A stretch of 64,000 bases of DNA from a bacterium (GCA_963676395.1 OY781066.1:1440001-1504000); one strand, 5' to 3'; shown: positions 28,850 through 39,713, counted from the first letter of the stretch. Made by a program: numbers and translations. The notes: a model not told the origin generated them from the letters alone.

Positions 28850-30994
28850 TCATTTCTTTAGATATTTATCAATACATTGAAGAAGTATTTCTTCATTAAT
28901 AGGTTTTGAAATAAAATCATCACATCCGGACGTTAAAGCCTTTTCTTTGTCTTCAGAAAACGCATGTGCCGTAAGTGCAATAATAGGGATATTAAATCCG
29001 GCATTTCTGATTTTTGTACTTGCTTCCAATCCGTTCATTTTTGGCATTTTTATATCCATGAGTATGAGATCGATGTTTATACCGTTATTGTTAACAACAT
29101 CAATAGCATCTTGTCCATTTTTCGCTCTAATTAGATTAATTCCTTTCGGTTTAAGCAACTCTGAAATGTAGAGATAATTAATATCTTCATCTTCTGCTAT
29201 TAATATGCTTACTTCATTGTAATCGTTTTTTTTATTTTTAAGTATAGATTCTTTTTTGTTCAATTTTATTACAGGCTCGTATGGAAGTGTAAAATAGAAT
29301 GTCGAACCTTTATTAAGTTCTGATTCTACCCAGATTTTGCCTTTCATGATCGTGATTAAACCTTTACAGATTGCCAGGCCTAAGCCCGTGCCACTGTGTT
29401 GATTGCTTTCAATGTCTGCTTGTTGGAAGCGGTCAAATATGCTTTCGTGAAATTCATCCTTTATTCCTATTCCGGAATCACGTACTGAAAACAGAAGTTG
29501 TTTTTTCTTTTTTAAACAAGATATTTCAATACTTCCGCTGTCGGTAAATTTAATAGCATTGCTTAGTAAATTATTTATGATCTGTTGTAATTTGTGTTTA
29601 TCGGCAATAATGGTTTCCTGTACCAGATCTGATTTTTCAGCTTTTAGCTTCAATCCTTTATTTTCAGCTTGAAGTGAGTATAATGACATGATTTCTTTGC
29701 AGAAATCTTGCATGTTTATTTCTTCTTCATGCAATTTAATTTCGTTTGCTTCGATCTTGGCTATATCTAGGATATCATTTACTAATTGTAGAAGTTGTTC
29801 ACTGCTTTTGACAATGATATTAGAAAATTGCTTCTTTTCTTCCTGGCTTCTGTTAGGATCTGTTAGCATTTTTGAAAATCCGATAATTCCGTTCATTGGT
29901 GTACGAATTTCATGGGACATATTATTTAAGAAGGCTGTTTTGAGCTTATCACTTTTTTCGGCATGTTCTTTTGCAAGAAGTAATTCATGCTCGGTATTTT
30001 TTAGGATCGTAATATCACGACCTATAACGGCAAGACCTTTTCTTTCACCGTTTTCATAAAAAAGTGGAATTTTATATATTTCATAGGTTTTATCTTGCCC
30101 CGATTCCGTAGGAACCACTTCAATACCCCGACTAAGTTTTTTATTTTTCCATGCATTTTCATCACTGACTATGCAGCGTTCAAAGGCTTCTCTATATATC
30201 GAGTGGGTATATTTAGCCAATTCTTTGTCGGTTTTTCCAACATAGTCAACACCCTCCAGAGAGAACAATTTAAGGTCTGCTTCATTAGCTAGCAACCAGC
30301 GACCCTGTCCATCCTTATAGCACACAATATCCGGTATGGAATTAATGAAAGTTAGTAAGCGATGTTCATTCTCTTCAGCATACTGAATAGCTTTAAAATA
30401 CTCAGTGTTTTGACGAATCAATTCAGCTTCAATTTTTGACTTGTCGTCAATTGTTTTAAGCAATTCAGTATAATAGCGTTTGAACCCACCGATAAAGATA
30501 ATGATAAATGATAGTAAACTCAGGCTGTGGGTAATCCACTGTGTAAAACTATGTGAAAATAAAGTAAGGTTAACTTGTGTGTTAATTCTTCCGGTGATGT
30601 ATCCTATGGCAATCAAAATAAAGCATATAAGAAATATACTGATATATAAAAGGGATAATTTTCTATTTGAAAGAATTGTTAAAAAGGAAATGGACAAGAC
30701 AATAAAAATATAAACGCCACTAAAAGCGGAAGAATATAAACCGGTTAAACCGGTTATCGCATATATAATAATTAAGCCATTAAGCTTAACATTTGTGCTA
30801 AGTTTTTTTCTAAAGATAAAAATCAAAAGAACGAGATTATATAATATTATATGGGGGATATAGATTTGTTGCCAACCAATTTCTATCCACTTGCTTAATG
30901 CAGCAAGCAAAGGCAATAGCATTAATATTGCCGATAGAGTTGTGATCCTGTTTACAATATCACTTTGTATTCTTTTTATCTTGTTGTCAGACAC
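28850..30994 (-). CDS. Membrane hybrid sensor histidine kinase (TM region, PAS, HisKA, HATPase, receiver)
   Basis: FLNNMSHEIRTPMNGI, NLLSNAIKFT, DSGIGI, GTGLGL, ILMDIKMP. Confidence 0.93.
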   Translation of the reverse strand: MSDNKIKRIQSDIVNRITTLSAILMLLPLLAALSKWIEIGWQQIYIPHIILYNLVLLIFIFRKKLSTNVKLNGLIIIYAITGLTGLYSSAFSGVYIFIVLSISFLTILSNRKLSLLYISIFLICFILIAIGYITGRINTQVNLTLFSHSFTQWITHSLSLLSFIIIFIGGFKRYYTELLKTIDDKSKIEAELIRQNTEYFKAIQYAEENEHRLLTFINSIPDIVCYKDGQGRWLLANEADLKLFSLEGVDYVGKTDKELAKYTHSIYREAFERCIVSDENAWKNKKLSRGIEVVPTESGQDKTYEIYKIPLFYENGERKGLAVIGRDITILKNTEHELLLAKEHAEKSDKLKTAFLNNMSHEIRTPMNGIIGFSKMLTDPNRSQEEKKQFSNIIVKSSEQLLQLVNDILDIAKIEANEIKLHEEEINMQDFCKEIMSLYSLQAENKGLKLKAEKSDLVQETIIADKHKLQQIINNLLSNAIKFTDSGSIEISCLKKKKQLLFSVRDSGIGIKDEFHESIFDRFQQADIESNQHSGTGLGLAICKGLITIMKGKIWVESELNKGSTFYFTLPYEPVIKLNKKESILKNKKNDYNEVSILIAEDEDINYLYISELLKPKGINLIRAKNGQDAIDVVNNNGINIDLILMDIKMPKMNGLEASTKIRNAGFNIPIIALTAHAFSEDKEKALTSGCDDFISKPINEEILLQCIDKYLKK

Positions 30995-31130
30995 TTGTTG
31001 AAATTAGATAAGCTTTTAATAGAAAGCAAGATGTAAAATACTCTTCACTTAATTTTAATTAAGTTAGGCGTTGTAGCAATACGTACAATATAAAATATGA
31101 ATAAACCTGTTAAAAACTTTTGAGTTTATG

Positions 31131-32612
31131 TTATAGATTGTTGAAATAATTATCTAAAAATGTTAAGCGGTTTTTAGTCCAGTAAAAAATAAATTCTTGT
31201 TCATCACTAAGATTAATTTGTGTACCCCAAATATCATTGTCTATGTCAATGATATTAGAATTATTAAGAAATGAAAAATTATTAATAAATAATGTTTTTA
31301 TGTTTTCTTCTGTGAGTGTCTCAGCCCTCAACTCAAACCATCTGCTTTTTAATCGGGCTCTAAAATTATCAGGATTTAAGGCCATTAATTTATCAAAAAG
31401 TCTATCAGAAAATAAATGGCAATGATCAATTCTGCTTCCGTCCCAATATAAACCCCATGTCGGATCTAAATCCCATGGGATAAATTGAAATTTTCCTTCA
31501 TGTTCTTTTAATAAGATAGTATTCTTACCAATACAATCATCAGCTGAAGAGACATACAAGAAAATATAAAAGTCAATGTACTCTGAAATGTTAATTGTAG
31601 ATGAAATATTTGAGCAAAAATGACTACTGTCCGATACTACAATCACATAACTTAAATTTTGTAAGGGGCCCCAATTTAACTCTCGTTCCGGATCCGGATA
31701 TATGTGTTCCCAACCATTCCATTCTGAGGTTAATGATTCGTTTTCCAGATAGGTATCAAATGTGGTAGCTCCAGCATAAAAAGAAATAGATTTGTATAAA
31801 ACACTATTATAGTTGCTTAGAGAAAAAAATTCACCATTATACTTTTCCCTAAGGCAGTATAAACCTTGATGTTCATTATTTATAAAGAGCTCTACAAATT
31901 GAGAATGGATACTTAATTTCGATTGTTGGGTTATTTCTTCCCATACCTTATAAGAAACAGTAGATCTTGAATTTGATTTGTCTTTATATACTGCATCAAG
32001 TATCCAGTCATTGTTTATTCGTAGATCTAATATTGAGTTTGAAATATTCTGATTATAATTTGTGGGGTTTCGCAAAGAAAAACCCATTGATTTTTTTGGT
32101 AATGCCAAGGTTGTTCTTCCCCTATATTTAATACCAACCACATGTTCTACAGTATTATTTTCTTCAGGGCTGATTATTTTCATCACAGCCGGTACTTTAG
32201 GTTCATTAACTATTCTATTCGGTGTAATAATTTGGATTATCGGTAGATCGGTAAACATTAAATTAAGAACTTTAGTTTGACCGTTGGCTCTTAACACTAT
32301 TTCGTAGTTTTTATTATATTCAATATCGCCCAAATTATTATTATTTTTGTTTTGTAACTCAATTCCATTATATGATACGCTTGAGCACTTTTGAAATTCA
32401 ACATAAGGAGTATATTCGCTTCTTGAATTATTGGGCAATGAATATCTTAGAGTGTTGTTTCTGTGATCATAACTGCAAGCCTGATGATCAAATTTAAGCA
32501 TTAATGTTAATTTGTAATCATCGTCATTAAGCGGATTAAAAGAAATTTCTTCCATATAGCAAGATTGATAAAGCCCAATTATTATTATCAGAAATATTAT
32601 GAATTTTTTCAT
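31131..32612 (-). CDS. CotH kinase-family putative lipoprotein
   Basis: Possible lipobox YQSC; GIKYRGRTT, DWILDA, GLYCLRE, GKN, IPWDLDPTWG. Confidence 0.8.
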   Translation of the reverse strand: MKKFIIFLIIIIGLYQSCYMEEISFNPLNDDDYKLTLMLKFDHQACSYDHRNNTLRYSLPNNSRSEYTPYVEFQKCSSVSYNGIELQNKNNNNLGDIEYNKNYEIVLRANGQTKVLNLMFTDLPIIQIITPNRIVNEPKVPAVMKIISPEENNTVEHVVGIKYRGRTTLALPKKSMGFSLRNPTNYNQNISNSILDLRINNDWILDAVYKDKSNSRSTVSYKVWEEITQQSKLSIHSQFVELFINNEHQGLYCLREKYNGEFFSLSNYNSVLYKSISFYAGATTFDTYLENESLTSEWNGWEHIYPDPERELNWGPLQNLSYVIVVSDSSHFCSNISSTINISEYIDFYIFLYVSSADDCIGKNTILLKEHEGKFQFIPWDLDPTWGLYWDGSRIDHCHLFSDRLFDKLMALNPDNFRARLKSRWFELRAETLTEENIKTLFINNFSFLNNSNIIDIDNDIWGTQINLSDEQEFIFYWTKNRLTFLDNYFNNL

Positions 32613-33289
32613 AGTGCAAAGTGATATATTGTTTTTAAATAATATAACTTTGAGGGATTATTGCAGTTCATTTCTTGTTCCAGACCATATGACAGATCTA
32701 AATCCCCAAATTTGGTTTGAAAGATACTTCCCATATTAAAGCGAAGTTTCCCCCAATAAGGTAATGATAAATTTTGAATGTAGCGAAAAGCCTCAGTTGA
32801 GGCAAAAAGATGGATGTTTTTGCTTAATTTATATTTTAACTTCAATCTATGACGAAAAGCTATTGATTTGGGAGCAATAGCCAATGTTTCTTTATTGATG
32901 ATATTGTTTTCTTGAAGCCTGAATCTATAATATAAGTTGATTTTTTTATGTGGTTTAAGCTTGTAGCCCAGATCAAAGTTATATCTTAAATTATGCTCGG
33001 TATCATTCCATCTTTTTTCATTATAGATATATCTTAAATTGAGACCAAATGTAAAATTTTTATCAATCTTATATTTTCCACCAAGATCGACCAAATAATC
33101 ATCAAAGATCCTGGCATTGCTGTAAAAGCGAATTTGTTGCTCCAACTCTAGGTCTATCTTTTTAGAAATATGTTTATCAATATTTATACCACTCCAAATA
33201 CCAAAATCTCTTATGACTATAATGTCTTGGCACAATAGAAATGATGGAAGAAGGAGAAAAGTGATTAGGAAGAGGATAATTTTATTCAT
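32609..33289 (-). CDS. Outer-membrane beta-barrel protein, DUF2490-like
   Basis: Signal peptide, DFGIW, EQQIRF, YRFRLQ, FRHRLKLKY, alternating beta-strand pattern; overlaps the CotH gene by 4 nt. Confidence 0.7.
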   Translation of the reverse strand: MNKIILFLITFLLLPSFLLCQDIIVIRDFGIWSGINIDKHISKKIDLELEQQIRFYSNARIFDDYLVDLGGKYKIDKNFTFGLNLRYIYNEKRWNDTEHNLRYNFDLGYKLKPHKKINLYYRFRLQENNIINKETLAIAPKSIAFRHRLKLKYKLSKNIHLFASTEAFRYIQNLSLPYWGKLRFNMGSIFQTKFGDLDLSYGLEQEMNCNNPSKLYYLKTIYHFAL

Positions 33290-33465
33290 TTTTCATACTT
33301 GTTTATATGCGGTAAATATAAGTCAATAAAAGAATAAAATCTATTAATAATTAGGGAAAAAGATGTGAACTATCGTATCCGTGCATTGAAGAATATAGAT
33401 AAGTATATATTGTATAAATAAATTTGATGATTAATATTTAAGAGAGCTGGAGAATTGATAGATTA

Positions 33466-34260
33466 CTATTCTTTTTTCCGTTTAAAGAAAATTGATATTA
33501 AAGAAACTATTCCCAGTATAAATCCTGCTTTATACCAACCCGGATATGCTTTACTCCAGTCATCATAAACCGTACGTTCGGTGAACCAAGTGAAGGGCCA
33601 ACGGACAATAGTAAAGTATCCGTGTATGTAGCCGATGAAGGTTGAAGATATCCATGACTGACCCACGCTTTCAAGTTGAACTTTTTTTATGTCCTTATAT
33701 AATCTATCATAAATATTCTCGTAAAGTTCCGTACTAAAAAGATCATCACCCGAAAATGCTAATTGGCGTTCATAGTATACAAATTGATAGAATGTGTCAT
33801 CTTTATATGTCATCGCAGAAATAAAGGAGCCGAGTGTTCCATCATAGAATGGGGCATGTAAGATAAGGTAATTACGACCATTGATCTTTTCAATATCAGC
33901 TTTAATTGATGATTCTGCTAAATTTTTCATAAAACCCAATTGCTCCAGATAGCCCAGAGATTTAAAATATAGAATTTCTTTACTTACATTGCTTGAACCG
34001 GCAAAATAGGTATAGGTTGTATTAGCAATATAACCTTTTTCATAACTTTCATTGGCAATGATGATCCCATTTTCACCAATATCACCCATATAGGGAATGT
34101 CATCAAAGCTCATCATATCTTTTAATTCACAATTTTTATCATAGCGGATGCGAAATGATTCATCTTCCGCAGTATAGATTTCACGGATTTTTAAGTCACA
34201 GGATGTCATAAGGGTAAGTGATAATAATAGGGATAGTAGAAAAAATCGTTTATATCTCAT
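33466..34260 (-). CDS. Hypothetical lipoprotein with hydrophobic C-terminal segments
   Basis: Lipobox LMTSC, AGGAG upstream, C-terminal GYIHG...GWYKAGFILG. Confidence 0.7.
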   Translation of the reverse strand: MRYKRFFLLSLLLSLTLMTSCDLKIREIYTAEDESFRIRYDKNCELKDMMSFDDIPYMGDIGENGIIIANESYEKGYIANTTYTYFAGSSNVSKEILYFKSLGYLEQLGFMKNLAESSIKADIEKINGRNYLILHAPFYDGTLGSFISAMTYKDDTFYQFVYYERQLAFSGDDLFSTELYENIYDRLYKDIKKVQLESVGQSWISSTFIGYIHGYFTIVRWPFTWFTERTVYDDWSKAYPGWYKAGFILGIVSLISIFFKRKKE

Positions 34261-34324
34261 ATTTGCTCCTTTGTCTGTTTGGGAATTTAGGGGCAGATAA
34301 AGTTGTATACAAGAATGAAAATGT

Positions 34325-34699
34325 TTAAAAATCTTTATTTAACCACTCCATAGCACTTTCTTTTTTGGAAAAAATTTGCAAATGATAATTACTGGCGTAA
34401 TTATAGCTTTTTAGTAAATAAGCAAGGGCTGTTCCATTTGGTTCCGAAAGAATAATTGCGTGTTTGATTAATAAAAATTCTTTTGATGCTTCATACATGC
34501 ATTTAGCAAGTAATTCAATATCATCATCAGAAAACATGACAGTAGATAACGATGCGTCTTCCAGGAGTCTGATTTTTCTTGGGAGATGAGAAGCTTCCTT
34601 TAAATAATTAATACCTTCCAACATATCTCTTAGTTCAATTTGTTTTTTACTAATGATATTCAGGAAGATACCTTTAGAATCTTGGTCTACTTTAATCAT
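34325..34699 (-). CDS. Small hypothetical protein, STAS/SpoIIAA-like
   Basis: LLEDAS, HAII, IFSKKESAMEWL ending typical of STAS/SEC14-like small proteins; start uncertain. Confidence 0.55.
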   Translation of the reverse strand: MIKVDQDSKGIFLNIISKKQIELRDMLEGINYLKEASHLPRKIRLLEDASLSTVMFSDDDIELLAKCMYEASKEFLLIKHAIILSEPNGTALAYLLKSYNYASNYHLQIFSKKESAMEWLNKDF

Positions 34700-34888
34700 G
34701 TTGATACCCGTATGAGTTAATAAAAACAAATAGTGTGATAAAACAATATATAATCACTGCATGTATAATGCAAGATTAAACATATAATATCCATATGTAT
34801 TATAGAAACATATATTGTTATTTAATTAAAATATGCAAGCCACTAATTCATGTTGGGAAAAATGTTTTTTATTTGCGAAGTCTATGAT

Positions 34889-35683
34889 TCATTTCATCCT
34901 AAAGATCTCTTTTCTCAAATTCCCATAATGATCAAAAGCAAAACGATTTGAAAATCTAATTGATAACAGAACATTTAATATTCCCGATGAAAAAATGGTG
35001 ATCATAAGCATGATTTGGTATTTGACGGCAACATTCGGGTTTGATCCGCCAAGGATCTGACCGGTCATCATACCGGGTAGGGAGATGAGCCCCATAATCG
35101 CTGTATTTGCAATAACAGGGTTGAATGCTTTTTTTAGTGCATCACGCATAAAAGGCAGAAGGGCTTCCTTTCGCGTGGCGCCATTGGCAAGATACCAGCG
35201 ATAGAGGTTCTGTTCATCATCAATACGGTTGTAAAAAGCATTCAATGAGATGATCACATTTCGGATTGTATTTCCAAGGAGCATGCCGGTGATGGGAATT
35301 AAATATCGTGCGTCGAATACGTTATCCAGCTTGATAACGATACCTAAAAAATAGGCATCGATGATTAAAATACTTATAAGCGTAGAGATAAGAATGGGAG
35401 CGAGGAAGTATTTGTATTTTAAGCCAGTTCTACGAATAATGGTGGACGTCGCTAGGGTAGCCATGATAATAAGCCAAGCAATGTTTAACCATGCATTATT
35501 CAGTTTAAAAATATATTCCAAATATAAACCAACAAGCAAGAGCTGAACTGTCATTCGCAGGGTGGCGATGATGGTGTCTTTGACAAGGCCGGTTTTGTAA
35601 TACCACAATATCCCAATAGGGATAAGCATTAGGGCATAGCCTAGAAACAATCTTAAATAGTTGATATCAAAAACGTCTTGCAT
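34889..35683 (-). CDS. fetB: ABC transporter permease, UPF0014 (FetB/YbbM-like)
   Basis: RMTVQLLLVG, RYLIPITGMLLGN, GLISLPGMMTGQILGG, AVKYQI. Confidence 0.88.
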   Translation of the reverse strand: MQDVFDINYLRLFLGYALMLIPIGILWYYKTGLVKDTIIATLRMTVQLLLVGLYLEYIFKLNNAWLNIAWLIIMATLATSTIIRRTGLKYKYFLAPILISTLISILIIDAYFLGIVIKLDNVFDARYLIPITGMLLGNTIRNVIISLNAFYNRIDDEQNLYRWYLANGATRKEALLPFMRDALKKAFNPVIANTAIMGLISLPGMMTGQILGGSNPNVAVKYQIMLMITIFSSGILNVLLSIRFSNRFAFDHYGNLRKEIFRMK

Positions 35684-36310
35684 CTAATTATCCTTATCCA
35701 AGCTTATAACTTTATCGGAACATTTCATCCAATATTCGTCATGTGTTACGGCAATGATGGTGGTATTTTTAAGTCCAAGGATATGATCCGTTACACGTTT
35801 TTTAATGCGCTTATCCAGAGCAGAGCTTGGCTCATCGAGTAAGAGGATAGCTTTTTTCTGTAAAACGCACGAAGCCAGGAGCACTCGTTGTTTTTGACCC
35901 CCGGAGATCTCTTTTACTTTTTTATCAAGAATGCTTTCGTCTAAAGAAAATGCAGTAAAAATATCGTCAATTTGTTTCTGCTCCGGTCGTTTCTCTTTGT
36001 TGAGCGAAAAGTTGAAAGGAGTAAAAAACAAGTCTTTAACACTTTGCATATTAAGAGCAGTTTCCTGGGGTAGCCACGCATATTTTTTGCGGATGTTATA
36101 GATGTTTTTGGGATTTAATTCAAGCCCATCAACAAATACATCACCTTCAAAATCAGAGATAAAGCCGGTCAATAAATTTAAGAAAGTTGATTTCCCTTTT
36201 CCTGATTCACCGCTTATGGCAATTTTCTCACCTTTTTTAATATTAAGCGAGAAGTCTTCATAGATATGCTCGTTGCCGAATGTGATAAAAAGATTTTGTA
36301 TTTGGATCAT
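35684..36310 (-). CDS. ABC transporter ATP-binding protein (FetA/YbbL-like)
   Basis: GESGKGKS, ISGGQKQR, LLLDEP, VTHD; adjacent to the permease. Confidence 0.9.
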   Translation of the reverse strand: MIQIQNLFITFGNEHIYEDFSLNIKKGEKIAISGESGKGKSTFLNLLTGFISDFEGDVFVDGLELNPKNIYNIRKKYAWLPQETALNMQSVKDLFFTPFNFSLNKEKRPEQKQIDDIFTAFSLDESILDKKVKEISGGQKQRVLLASCVLQKKAILLLDEPSSALDKRIKKRVTDHILGLKNTTIIAVTHDEYWMKCSDKVISLDKDN

Positions 36311-36391
36311 GGATTTTCCATATTTCTTATCTTAATTTAAGATAAACAAAATCACCACAATTATAAAATAAAATATTTATCACTCTTAAAC

Positions 36392-36432
36392 AGAAAACGC
36401 CCTGATTTCCAATTGGTAACAGGACGCTTTCT
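36392..36432 (-). terminator. Intrinsic terminator of the oxidoreductase operon
   Basis: On the - strand: AGCGTCCTG...CAGGGCGTT followed by TTCT. Confidence 0.55.
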
Positions 36433-36529
36433 ATCATTTGAAAAACAAAATATGATATTTCAGAAACTAGAAGTCAGAATAAAAAATCTGACTATCCGCT
36501 ATTAGTCTTCGATTTTCAATGTGCAACTT

Positions 36530-37948
36530 TTATGCCAGGTCCATACCTTTTAAGAATGCTTGTTCATTCAATTTATGGAAAGATTTGTTTTTAATGATCA
36601 GGGGTAATGCCTGGAGCACATAGTCCTTAAGTAAGATACCACGAATTTTAGCATAGGCACCCAACATGACCATATTGGCAGCTCTGGTTGAGCCAAGCTG
36701 ATCGGCTTCTTGAGTTGCTGAAATACCAATAACGGTAACATCCTTGCGAGCGGGAGGGGTATCGATTAAACCATTATCATAGAGTATGATACCACCGGGT
36801 TGCACAAGGTCTTCAAATTTGTGCAATGAGGGTTTGTTCATGGCAACTAGAACAGTGGGATTATCGATCATGGGTGAAGCAATGCGTTTATTTGAGATTT
36901 TAACTGAGCAATTGGCTGTACCACCACGCATTTCGGGCCCATAAGAAGGCAACCAGGAAACTTGATAATTATGCCCCATGGCAATATTCGCCAGAGCGTA
37001 ACCCATACTCAAAACACCTTGTCCACCAAAACCGGCGATCTTTACTTGGTCATGAATATCTGCAATTTCGGGAAGTTTAGTGTTTGTAATTTTATCAGAA
37101 AGACTATTGATATCAAGAATTTCATGATATTCGCTGAATTGTGGGTCCGGCTTGATGGTTAAGACCGCTTCGCGATCCTCCGTGACATCTTTTTTTACAC
37201 CGGGTTCAAAATATTTTGAGAGCACATCTGTAATCCATTTCTTGGAATTAACCGGTGTCATTTTTAGTCCTGTAGGACATCCGGATAGCACTTCAATAAA
37301 AGAAAATCCTTTTTTGTCGATTTGCGTTTTTAATGCTTTGCGGACTGCTTTTCGGGCGCGGGCAACATTCTTGGGATCGGTAAGCATCACTCGTTCTACA
37401 TAAACAGGTGCTTCCAGTGTCGCAATGATCTCAGCCATGCGAAGAGGATAGCCTTCGTTTTGCATGGTACGACCACGAGGTGTGGTGGTAGACTTCTGCC
37501 CGATCAACGTAGTGGGTGCCATTTGTCCACCGGTCATACCGTAAATGGCATTATTCACGAAGAAAACCGTCATCTGTTCGCCTCGGTTAGCCGCTTGAAG
37601 GATTTCATTGGCACCAATAGCTGCCAGATCGCCATCTCCCTGATATGAGATCATAATTGATTCGGGATTGGAACGTTTGTAGCCGGTCGCTACTGCGGGT
37701 GCGCGACCATGAGCAGCTTGAAGGTTACCTACATCAAAGTAATAATAGGCGAAGACCGAACAACCTACTGGAGATACGAAAACAGTTCTATCCTGAATAT
37801 CGAAATCTGAGAGAGCTTCGGCAATCAATTTATGCAAAATACCGTGACCGCAACCCGGGCAATAATGTGTGTTTGCTAGATTGGAACCACCTTTTTCGAC
37901 AAATTCATCAAAGAAAGATGCCGGTTTTTGTAATACCGTTGTTTTCAT
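36530..37948 (-). CDS. 2-oxoacid:ferredoxin oxidoreductase, fused beta-gamma subunit
   Basis: YCPGCGHG, PVGC, AHGRA and TPP motif GDGDLAAIG...NN, followed by gamma motifs AGFGGQG and YGPEMRGG. Confidence 0.92.
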   Translation of the reverse strand: MKTTVLQKPASFFDEFVEKGGSNLANTHYCPGCGHGILHKLIAEALSDFDIQDRTVFVSPVGCSVFAYYYFDVGNLQAAHGRAPAVATGYKRSNPESIMISYQGDGDLAAIGANEILQAANRGEQMTVFFVNNAIYGMTGGQMAPTTLIGQKSTTTPRGRTMQNEGYPLRMAEIIATLEAPVYVERVMLTDPKNVARARKAVRKALKTQIDKKGFSFIEVLSGCPTGLKMTPVNSKKWITDVLSKYFEPGVKKDVTEDREAVLTIKPDPQFSEYHEILDINSLSDKITNTKLPEIADIHDQVKIAGFGGQGVLSMGYALANIAMGHNYQVSWLPSYGPEMRGGTANCSVKISNKRIASPMIDNPTVLVAMNKPSLHKFEDLVQPGGIILYDNGLIDTPPARKDVTVIGISATQEADQLGSTRAANMVMLGAYAKIRGILLKDYVLQALPLIIKNKSFHKLNEQAFLKGMDLA

Positions 37949-37956
37949 AATTGCCT

Positions 37957-39003
37957 CTATAAATTTTCTTTGAATTTTTCAACGATCTCTCTAACTGTAG
38001 GGACTTTGCCACCCATGCGATTATAAAAGTTCACAGGTTTTCTACCGTTCACTACAAGACGAACATCATCGACCATTTGACCGGCTGATAGTTCGCAAAC
38101 AAAAAGAGATTTTAATTTTTTGTTAGCCGCAAATTCATCCAATTGAGGTTTTGGGAAAGGGAAGAGTGTAATGGGACGGAAAAGACCAATCTTAATTCCT
38201 TCTGCTCTAAGTTCTTCCATTACACCTTGGAGAATGCGGGAAACAATACCATAACCAATTAGAATATATTCCGCATCATCGCAGTTTAAGGCTTCATAGC
38301 GGATCTCGTTTTCTGCGATCTTTTTATATTTTGCCTGAAGTGCAATATTGTGTGCTTCAAGTTTATCCGGATCCAAAGCGATAGAACAGACTAAATTATG
38401 TGAATCTGCTGTTCCTTTAACAGCCCATGGACGATCAGGAATACTTTCTACAGGTTTTGGAAATTCTACGGGTTCCATCATTTGACCGATGATACCATCG
38501 GCAAGTACGACTGCGGGGTTTTTATATTTATCGGCCAGTTCAAAGGCCAGCATTGTCAGGTCGCACATTTCTTGAGCACAGTTGGGAGCAACAGTGATCA
38601 ATTCATAGGATCCATGACCGCCACCCTTAAGGATCTGATTATAATCCGCTTGTTCGGGGGCAATATTTCCCAAACCGGGTCCACCTCGCATAATATCAAC
38701 GATCACACAGGGCAATTCGGCACCGGCGATATAGGAAATACCTTCCATTTTTAAACTCATGCCGGGTGAAGATGACGCCGTCATACAGCGGTAATCGGAA
38801 GCAGCTGCTCCGTACACCATATTAATGGCACCGATTTCAGATTCTGCCTGAAGAAAAGTACCACCCAAAAGAGGGAAGTAGTAAGCTGCAGATTCTGCGA
38901 TCTCTGATGCAGGGGTAATAGGATACCCGAAATAATTTTTACATCCGGCTAACAGTGCGCCTCGTACGACCGCTTCGTTGCCTTTTATAAGAACTTTCGA
39001 CAT
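37957..39003 (-). CDS. vorB: 2-oxoacid (2-oxoisovalerate-like):ferredoxin oxidoreductase alpha subunit
   Basis: [35 protein letters not shown]. Confidence 0.9.
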   Translation of the reverse strand: MSKVLIKGNEAVVRGALLAGCKNYFGYPITPASEIAESAAYYFPLLGGTFLQAESEIGAINMVYGAAASDYRCMTASSSPGMSLKMEGISYIAGAELPCVIVDIMRGGPGLGNIAPEQADYNQILKGGGHGSYELITVAPNCAQEMCDLTMLAFELADKYKNPAVVLADGIIGQMMEPVEFPKPVESIPDRPWAVKGTADSHNLVCSIALDPDKLEAHNIALQAKYKKIAENEIRYEALNCDDAEYILIGYGIVSRILQGVMEELRAEGIKIGLFRPITLFPFPKPQLDEFAANKKLKSLFVCELSAGQMVDDVRLVVNGRKPVNFYNRMGGKVPTVREIVEKFKENL

Positions 39004-39018
39004 AGTTACCTCAATTTC

Positions 39019-39351
39019 TTATTTATTCACAGGTTTAAGACATTCGATACAGTAGGTTTTTTCAGGATCCCGGTATCCCGGTATCAGTTTGACTTCTGTA
39101 TCGCAATGAGAACAGTGCCCGTCTTCCAATCCTTCAACATTACGAACAACCGTAATGGCGCGGGGCTCGGGACAGGTGTAAAAACAGGTGCCGCATCCCG
39201 TGCAGCCTACACCTTTATAATGTGAGGGACGGTAACCCATGGAATTTAAACCGTCCGCGAATTCCAGTACGCTTACAGGACACGCGTCTACGCAAAGGCC
39301 GCAACCTTTGCAATCGTCAGCCTGTATCAATACACGATTAATGACTGCCAT
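39019..39351 (-). CDS. 2x[4Fe-4S] ferredoxin (delta subunit) with extra C-terminal CxxC...CxxC
   Basis: [24 protein letters not shown], then CSHC...CIEC. ATG 39351 follows AAGGAG. Confidence 0.88.
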   Translation of the reverse strand: MAVINRVLIQADDCKGCGLCVDACPVSVLEFADGLNSMGYRPSHYKGVGCTGCGTCFYTCPEPRAITVVRNVEGLEDGHCSHCDTEVKLIPGYRDPEKTYCIECLKPVNK

Positions 39352-39652
39352 GATATCTCCTTTAAACAGGTTGTGCCAAAGCACATTAATAACCCGATTT
39401 GACTAATTTTACTAAAAATAATGTACAAAAAAGAAATTTACCTACAAAGAGAAAAGGTAGATAAAACCTATATGAAATGAGTTATTATAAGTGTAAACGA
39501 TGTGTGGAATTGTGCGATAAAGCGGAATGTGTTTTTATGAGAATGATTATGAAAAATTGTTGAAAATAAGGAATGAACGATAAATTGTAAGAACCTGGAC
39601 TTCAAAGAATTTAGTTCAATATGCTGAGCTAAAAGAAAAAAATACATTTAAG

Positions 39653-39675
39653 AAAAAGGCTGGAATATCCAGCCT
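39653..39675 (-). terminator. Intrinsic terminator after rseP
   Basis: AGGCTGGA-nnn-TCCAGCCT with a T run on the - strand. Confidence 0.7.
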
Positions 39676-39713
39676 CTAAGAATTTTATAAAGCTTTTTGT
39701 TTTTGACTTTCGA

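Noticed and set aside
39372..39385. TGTGC-caaa-GCACA palindrome upstream of the oxidoreductase operon as a Rex site
   Set aside because: Half-site spacing is 2 bp shorter than the Rex consensus, and it sits next to the RBS where it may be an mRNA hairpin.
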